Shown here: positions 5,312-10,551 of the stretch, piece after piece
Numbering within the stretch: the stretch's first letter is position 1
How the letters are laid out: each line of letters starts with the position of its first letter
Source of the DNA: Hadesarchaea archaeon
Lineage (GTDB): Archaea > Hadarchaeota > Hadarchaeia > Hadarchaeales > WYZ-LMO6
DNA: 10,551 nt
Assembly (NCBI GenBank): GCA_029259185.1
Contig: JAPDJF010000022.1
Location: 1-10,551, forward strand
Direction: 5' to 3'
The notes under the pieces: model-generated
The model's database searches: none
What the model saw: the letters and a program-made list of their open reading frames with translations, nothing else
What the model was told of the DNA's origin: nothing
Program-made: the position numbers and the translations under genes

Positions 5312-7636
5312 GTGGGGAGCCGTGCTGAAATAGCGGTTACGGGTATAGTCCAAGGGGTCGGGTTCAGACCGTTCATCTATAGACTGGCCATCCGGTACGG
5401 TCTCAAAGGATTCGTGCGAAACATGGGTGATGCCGGGGTGCAAGTGGTGGTGGAGGGAGATGGGGGAGCGATAAACCGATTCATCCGCTCCATACGTGAG
5501 GAGCACCCCCCTCTAGCTAGGGTCGAGGACGTGAGGGTGAATTGGGGATCGGTCAGAGATGAGTTCGAGAACTTCAAGGTGGTGGAGAGCAAGAGGGAGG
5601 GTTTGGGGCTTCCCTCCGTCATCCCACCAGATCTGGCTCTGTGTTCGGAGTGTATCAAGGAAATGCTTGACCCGCGAGACAGGAGGTTCGGGTATCCATT
5701 CATAAGCTGTGTGGACTGTGGACCGAGGTTCACAGTGATCTATGAACTCCCCTACGACCGTCAGCGGACTTCGATGGTAGACTTTCCTCTTTGCTCGGAG
5801 TGTGCTAGGGAGTACGGGGATCCGGGGGACAGGCGCTATCACGCTGAGACCACGTGTTGTGCAGTCTGTGGTCCCCGTGTAGAGCTCTTAGGTGTCGGAG
5901 GGGAGAAAATGGAGGTGGAGGATCCCCTTTCCGAGGTCGCGAAGCTTTTGGATGAAGGATTCATAGTCGCGATAAAGGGGATAGGTGGGACGCACGTGGC
6001 GACCAAGACCACCGAGGACGGGGTACTTGAGCGTCTGAGACGGGTTTTCAATCGTCCGCAGCAGCCGTTTGCGGTAATGGCTAGGGACCTCGAGACCATT
6101 CGTCGATTCGCGGAGGTGGACGAGACGGAGGAGAGGGAACTCACCTCCCACCGCAGACCTATCGTGGTGCTGAAACGTTCTCAAGCATACGACCTCTCGG
6201 ATCTCGTTGCGCCGGGTCTTAACTCCGTGGGGGTCATGCTCCCATACTCGGGTATCCACCATCTCATTTTGTCCCAGGGGAAGGATCCGGCCTACGTGAT
6301 GACGAGTGCCAACCCACCTGGCCTACCCATGATCGTGGATAACGACGAAGCCGTGTCGAAGCTACGCGGAAAGGTGGACTATCTCCTCTTGCATGACAGG
6401 AAGATCGTGAATCGATGTGATGATTCAGTCGTGAAAGTGATCGGGGGGAAAACGGTTTTCCTGAGACGCTCCCGGGGGTACGTACCGGAGCCGATTCACC
6501 TCAACTTCCGGAGCGAGGAGGTCGTGCTGGCACTCGGGGCGGAGGAAAACGTGACAGCCTCTCTTTTGGTCGGTGATCGGTGTTTCGTAAGCCAGCACAT
6601 CGGGAACACCGGCAAATTGGATACCCTGATGTACCTGAGGGAGGGAGTGGGCAAGCTCATGCGGATGTTTGGGGTCAAGTCGGTAAACGTGGTGGCCCAC
6701 GATCTCAATCCCCAATACCCCACAACAAAATTGGCTGAGGAACTCGCCATGAAATTCGGGGCGGAAAGGAGGGCGGTTCAGCACCACCACGCACATCTCT
6801 GTTCCTTGATGGCTGAGCGAGGTTTGGAACGGATCGTAGGGATAGCGTGCGATGGTGCTGGCTATGGATCAGATGGTACCGTGTGGGGGGGAGAGGTGAT
6901 GTTCGCCACCTTCGAATCTTTCCAAAGGGTTGGCGGACTTAAGCCCCAACCCATGCCGGGTGGCGACCTGGCTACAATTTTCCCAGCGCGCATGGTGGCT
7001 GGGATCTTATGGGGAGTGTTGGGGAGGGAAGAATTACACGATGTGCTCAATGAGTTCTGTGCGAGTGGGTTTAGACACGGATCGAAGGAGATTGAGGTGG
7101 TACTCAGACAACTCGAAATGGGGAGGAACGTGGTGAACTCCAGTAGCTGTGGTAGGGTACTTGACGCCGTTGCATGTCTTTTGGGGATATGTTATGAGAG
7201 AACCTATGAGGGCGAGCCGGCGATGAAACTCGAAGCGGTGGCGGAGGGGGGTGACCCTCGGGAGCTTGAGATCGAGCTGGAGGTGATCGATGATCATGCC
7301 GCGAAATTCGTGGATACCTCAAAACTCCTGCTGGAGGTAGTCGAATCATTTCGGGCTAAGGTCGCACGCAAGCACATCGCGGCTGCGGCCCAGCAGGCGA
7401 TAGCCAAAGCATTGGCATCCGTAGCCATTGAGACGGCTTACGAGTGGGGGATTGATGTGGTGGGAGTTTCAGGGGGAGTTTTCTACAACCGGGCCATCAC
7501 CTCGACCATCCGCGAAGAGGTGGAAAGGGGGGGTCTGAGTTTCATCCAACACGAGTTGCTCCCGCCTGGAGACGGGGGGATTTCAGTGGGTCAGGCAACA
7601 GCGTCTTCGATAAAGCGGGTGGGGAGGAATTGTTAG
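5312..7636 (+). CDS. hypF: Carbamoyltransferase HypF
   Basis: Acylphosphatase domain GIVQGVGFRPF, four CxxC zinc-finger motifs, IKGIGG, MTSAN, RRSRGYVP, QHHHAH, DGAGYGSDG, PPGDGGISVGQ. GTG start preceded by GAGGGG. Confidence 0.97.
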   Translation: MGSRAEIAVTGIVQGVGFRPFIYRLAIRYGLKGFVRNMGDAGVQVVVEGDGGAINRFIRSIREEHPPLARVEDVRVNWGSVRDEFENFKVVESKREGLGLPSVIPPDLALCSECIKEMLDPRDRRFGYPFISCVDCGPRFTVIYELPYDRQRTSMVDFPLCSECAREYGDPGDRRYHAETTCCAVCGPRVELLGVGGEKMEVEDPLSEVAKLLDEGFIVAIKGIGGTHVATKTTEDGVLERLRRVFNRPQQPFAVMARDLETIRRFAEVDETEERELTSHRRPIVVLKRSQAYDLSDLVAPGLNSVGVMLPYSGIHHLILSQGKDPAYVMTSANPPGLPMIVDNDEAVSKLRGKVDYLLLHDRKIVNRCDDSVVKVIGGKTVFLRRSRGYVPEPIHLNFRSEEVVLALGAEENVTASLLVGDRCFVSQHIGNTGKLDTLMYLREGVGKLMRMFGVKSVNVVAHDLNPQYPTTKLAEELAMKFGAERRAVQHHHAHLCSLMAERGLERIVGIACDGAGYGSDGTVWGGEVMFATFESFQRVGGLKPQPMPGGDLATIFPARMVAGILWGVLGREELHDVLNEFCASGFRHGSKEIEVVLRQLEMGRNVVNSSSCGRVLDAVACLLGICYERTYEGEPAMKLEAVAEGGDPRELEIELEVIDDHAAKFVDTSKLLLEVVESFRAKVARKHIAAAAQQAIAKALASVAIETAYEWGIDVVGVSGGVFYNRAITSTIREEVERGGLSFIQHELLPPGDGGISVGQATASSIKRVGRNC

Positions 7637-7730
7637 GGTTCTGAAGAGCGTTAACAAGTGAACCGTTTTCTGGGATTCATCATGCTTGGATCCTCGAGAG
7701 TTTCATGGGGCTCGCGTATGCATATAAATG

Positions 7731-8171
7731 TTACCGATTCTGGGAACTGTTAGAAAAGGCACCTTTGAGCGGGTTGGGTCCTAGTTCCCTGATCTTTTGA
7801 GTGAGTTCGTTCACGACTTGTGCGAATTTGGCTCCTTCCGATGCCGACACCCACTCTATCCGTAGGCGCTCCGGTTCTATACCCATCTGTTCCAAAAGTC
7901 TCTTGAGTAACAAAACCCTACGCTCGGCCTTGAAGTTCCCTGAGAGATAGTGACAGTCACCAGGGGTGTGGCACCCAGCAACCAAGACCCCGTCGGCCCC
8001 GCTCTTGAATGCTTCGAGAACAAACATCGGATCGAGCCTTCCACTACACATCATCCTCACTATTCTCACGTTTGGGGCATACTGGATACGACTGAGCCCC
8101 GCTTGGTCGGCCCCGGCGTATGCACACCAGTTACAACAGAAGGCCACTATCTTGGGTTCGAACTCTTTCAT
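7731..8171 (-). CDS. mvhD: MvhD [2Fe-2S] subunit (methyl-viologen-reducing hydrogenase delta / HdrA partner)
   Basis: FEPKIVAFCCNWCAYAGAD, RMMCSGR, GADGVLVAGCH, DCHY, WVSASEG. The real start is ATG 8171, overlapping the hdrA stop (ATGA); 146 aa. Confidence 0.95.
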   Translation of the reverse strand: MKEFEPKIVAFCCNWCAYAGADQAGLSRIQYAPNVRIVRMMCSGRLDPMFVLEAFKSGADGVLVAGCHTPGDCHYLSGNFKAERRVLLLKRLLEQMGIEPERLRIEWVSASEGAKFAQVVNELTQKIRELGPNPLKGAFSNSSQNR

Positions 8172-10162
8172 AGTTCCACCAAGATTCCCTTGACTTGGGA
8201 CCTCAGCTGTTCGTCCGTGAAGTTTTGAACGGTTATAGCTCCACTCGGGCATGTGGATGCACAGAGTCCGCATCCCTTGCACATGAGTTCGTTGACACTG
8301 GAAACAACTTTTCCCTCTTCTCTCTCCTTCATCTCTATGGCATCATAAGGACACACGGATATGCACATCCTACATCCGCTACAAAGGTCCTCGTCGACCT
8401 TCGCGATTATGGGCTCCCTCACTATCTCTCCAGCGGCCAAGAATCCCATGACCTTGGAAGCAGCAGCCATACCTTCCGCGGTCGCATCGTGGATGTCCAT
8501 CGGACCGAGACATGTTCCTGCTACGAATATGCCGTCGGTGAGGGTCTCCACCGGTCTCAACTTTTCGTGAGCTTCCAACAAGAAGCCGTCAGGGCCTTTA
8601 GAGATCTTGAGGGTTTCACGGATCTTCTCGACATCTTTTGGCGGGATCAGACCAGCGGCGAGCACCACCATATCAGCATTCACCTCGAAGAGGGTATCAG
8701 TGGTGGCATCGAATACATTGAACACTAGGCTCCCGTCCGGCTTCTGTTTGATCTCAGAGGGTATTCCTCTGATGAATTTAACTCCCAGATCTCTAGCCCT
8801 CCTGTAGAATTCCTCAAAACCTTTGCCCACCGTGCGCATGTCGTTGTAGCATATGTAGATGTCTATATCTTTACTGATGAAATCCTTGATGTAGACCGCG
8901 TGCTTGAGGGAAGCGGTACACCCTATCCTGCAACAATAAGGATTGAATTTTTCATCTCTGCTCCCCACGCATTGAATGAACGCCACCGTTTTTGGCGGTT
9001 TGCCGGTGACGGGATTTACTAGCTCACCCTTGGTCGGGCCGTCCGAATTCGTTAGCCTCTCGAATTCCATGTTGGTGATCACGTTCGGGTATATCCCGTA
9101 TCCCAGTTCGGGTTTCTGTCGAGCGTCAAAGACCTCGCTCCCTACTGCCACGATGATGGCCCCAGCTTCGATCTCTATCGTTTCGGGTTTCATCTTGAAA
9201 TCTATGGCGTCGGCCTTGCAAGCTTCAATGCACTTCCCACACACCGGCTTTCCAGGTTTGCTATGCTTTATGTATAGACAGTTGGCTTCATCCACCGTGG
9301 CCACCCTAGGGACGGCTTCGGGGAAGCTTATGTATATAGCTCCTCTCTTGTTCAGCCCGCTGTTCCATTCGTCGGGAACTTTGACGGGGCATACTTGGGT
9401 GCAATCTCCACATCCGATGCACTTGCTCTCATCCACATACCTGGGCTTCCTCAAAATTTTCACCTTATAGTTTCCGGGCGACCCGCTGACCTCTTGCACC
9501 TCCGAATACGTCAGGAGCGTGATGTTCTTGCTCGACTCCATCGCCGCCATCTTTGGGGTTAGAATACACGAAGCACAGTCCAACGAGGGGAAGACTTTGG
9601 AAAATTTGGCCATCCTCCCCCCAATGGTTGGGGACTTTTCGACGGTGTAGACGTGGTATCCTCCCGCGGCTAACTCAAGGGAGGCTATGATGCCGGTGAT
9701 ACCCCCACCTATCACCACCACATTCCTGCTCACCTTTTCTCTAATGGGTGTTAGAGGGGTGAGACACCTCGCCCTGAAGATCCCCCCCTTCACGAGATCG
9801 ATTTCCTTTTGAGTTGCAGCTTCCATGTTATCTCGATGGACCCATGACCCCTGTTCTCTCACATTCACCCTTTCCAGTAGGTAGGGATTCAGTCCCGCTT
9901 CTTCTAGGAGTTCTTGGAAGTGCTCTTGGTGCATGTTTATAGTGCATGCAGCTATGATAACACGGTTCAGTTTATTTTTCTTGATAGAATCCTTTATCTT
10001 CTGACCAGCCGGTGCTGAGCACCAGTGATCATCGATTTCAACCGTGACAACACCATCGATCTTACTTATTTTTTCCTTAACCTTTTCGAGATCAACGAAG
10101 TCCGAGATGTTACCCCCACACCTACAAAGAAATACACCTATTCTCGGTTTTTCTTCCGTCAT
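8168..10162 (-). CDS. hdrA: Heterodisulfide reductase subunit A-like flavoprotein
   Basis: RIGVFLCRCGGNI, FAD motif VIGGGITG, FPSLDCASCILTPK, inserted ferredoxin (CIGCGDCTQVCP), MEFERL, FIQCVGSR, GIFVAG, C-terminal 2x[4Fe-4S] (CSGCRMCISVCP, CKGCGLCASTCP). Start 10162 is preferred; 10174 is possible. Confidence 0.96.
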   Translation of the reverse strand: MTEEKPRIGVFLCRCGGNISDFVDLEKVKEKISKIDGVVTVEIDDHWCSAPAGQKIKDSIKKNKLNRVIIAACTINMHQEHFQELLEEAGLNPYLLERVNVREQGSWVHRDNMEAATQKEIDLVKGGIFRARCLTPLTPIREKVSRNVVVIGGGITGIIASLELAAGGYHVYTVEKSPTIGGRMAKFSKVFPSLDCASCILTPKMAAMESSKNITLLTYSEVQEVSGSPGNYKVKILRKPRYVDESKCIGCGDCTQVCPVKVPDEWNSGLNKRGAIYISFPEAVPRVATVDEANCLYIKHSKPGKPVCGKCIEACKADAIDFKMKPETIEIEAGAIIVAVGSEVFDARQKPELGYGIYPNVITNMEFERLTNSDGPTKGELVNPVTGKPPKTVAFIQCVGSRDEKFNPYCCRIGCTASLKHAVYIKDFISKDIDIYICYNDMRTVGKGFEEFYRRARDLGVKFIRGIPSEIKQKPDGSLVFNVFDATTDTLFEVNADMVVLAAGLIPPKDVEKIRETLKISKGPDGFLLEAHEKLRPVETLTDGIFVAGTCLGPMDIHDATAEGMAAASKVMGFLAAGEIVREPIIAKVDEDLCSGCRMCISVCPYDAIEMKEREEGKVVSSVNELMCKGCGLCASTCPSGAITVQNFTDEQLRSQVKGILVEL

Positions 10163-10186
10163 AACGAATATCATACAAAAAAGGGA

Positions 10187-10199
10187 TATTTAAGAATTA
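10187..10199 (-). promoter_or_regulatory. Putative TATA box for hdrA-mvhD
   Basis: Minus-strand TTAAATA (10193-10187) lies 25-31 nt upstream of ATG 10162, consistent with a leaderless or short-leader archaeal transcript. Confidence 0.5.
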
Positions 10200-10255
10200 T
10201 GGCATGGGGGATCTGGCATTGGTTTTCGTTTGCTGGATTCAGAACGGGATCGAGC

Positions 10256-10429
10256 GAGAAACCCCGAGCGCTTTAGCCGTGGGGTGAATGCGTGCCGAGG
10301 GCCGATTCCGCAATAGCTAACGGCCCGAGCGAACACCTAGAGATCAAGACCCCCGTAACCCCCTTCCAAGGGGGATCGAGCCTGGTTGTCGAAGAGGAAG
10401 CCCACCGCTTCAGCGGTGCGGTAGTTCAC
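10256..10429 (+). mobile_element. Non-coding IS200/IS605-type mini-element (PATE-like), possibly an omegaRNA cassette
   Basis: Begins with end-type hairpin GAAACCCCGAGCGCTTTAGCCGTGGGGTGAATG. Ends with a typical right end GAAGCC-CACCGC-TTCA-GCGGTG-CGGTAGTTCAC. Internal hairpins at 10299-10326 and 10359-10374. No transposase or nuclease ORF. Left boundary is approximate. Confidence 0.7.
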
Positions 10430-10479
10430 CTTACCACCACCAAGGAGGCCCCGTCCGAGAGGGCGGGGAGGAATTGGTG

Positions 10480-10493
10480 AAAACTTTTTATGT
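10480..10493 (+). promoter_or_regulatory. Putative BRE/TATA promoter of tnpB
   Basis: AAAAC-TTTTTATG lies ~25-30 nt upstream of GTG 10516. Confidence 0.5.
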
Positions 10494-10515
10494 ATTGAAG
10501 GAAATAATCCCTACC

Positions 10516-10551
10516 GTGAAGCAGACGCTCTTGGTCAGGCTGAACCCCACG
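10516..10551 (+). CDS. tnpB: Probable TnpB, first 12 codons only (truncated by the window edge)
   Basis: GTG AAG CAG ACG CTC TTG GTC AGG CTG AAC CCC ACG = MKQTLLVRLNPT, matching the usual TnpB opening beta-strand (M-x-x-T-h-x-h-K/R-L-x-P-T). Sits directly behind an IS left-end hairpin. Confidence 0.6.
   Translation, partial: MKQTLLVRLNPT

Larger units (their letters stand above)
10435..10551 (+). mobile_element. Left end of an IS200/IS605-family (IS1341-like, tnpB-first) element running off the window
   Basis: Hairpin CCCCGTCC-GAGA-GGGCGGGG enclosed by CACCAA (10438-10443) / TTGGTG (10474-10479). Preceded by TTAC (10431-10434), a candidate target tetranucleotide. Followed by a TATA-like element and an ORF start. 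Confidence 0.7.

Noticed and set aside
7637-7730. Cluster of short palindromes (GTTAAC, GGATCC, CTCGAG, TATGCATA) between convergent hypF and mvhD
   Set aside because: No stable stem or repeated unit. Compatible with chance in a terminator gap.
8172-8282. N-terminal extension of MvhD in the ORF track
   Set aside because: It lies inside hdrA. Homology begins at MKEFEPKI (8171) with an ATGA overlap.
7731-10174. Possible selenocysteine (in-frame TGA) in HdrA or MvhD
   Set aside because: Both ORFs are uninterrupted and carry Cys at the relevant motifs.
10292-10480. 62-aa ORF across the mini-element
   Set aside because: It spans hairpins and two element ends. At most the EEEAHRFSG part echoes a TnpB C-terminal tail read through a right end, so it is not an independent gene.

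Overview
This is an archaeal-type window, probably from a thermophile (inferred from TATA-like promoters, apparently leaderless starts and the Thermococcales-style HypA/HypB pair). It carries a complete [NiFe]-hydrogenase maturation set in three units: hycI-like protease-hypC-hypD (+), hypE (-), and hypA-hypB(Mrp/MinD ATPase type)-hypF (+). A convergent two-gene hdrA-mvhD unit (-) follows, with no hdrBC or hydrogenase structural genes in the window. There are two accessory zones. (i) 1909-2830 holds an internally deleted tnpB element whose right end appears to supply the hypD stop codon, plus a small membrane-protein gene whose Shine-Dalgarno site is locked in a hairpin. (ii) 10209-10551 holds a stack of IS200/IS605-type ends: a ~170-bp non-coding mini-element resembling a stand-alone omegaRNA cassette, directly followed by the left end, promoter and first codons of a probable tnpB. 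All calls come from motif recognition by eye; no searches or folding programs were run.
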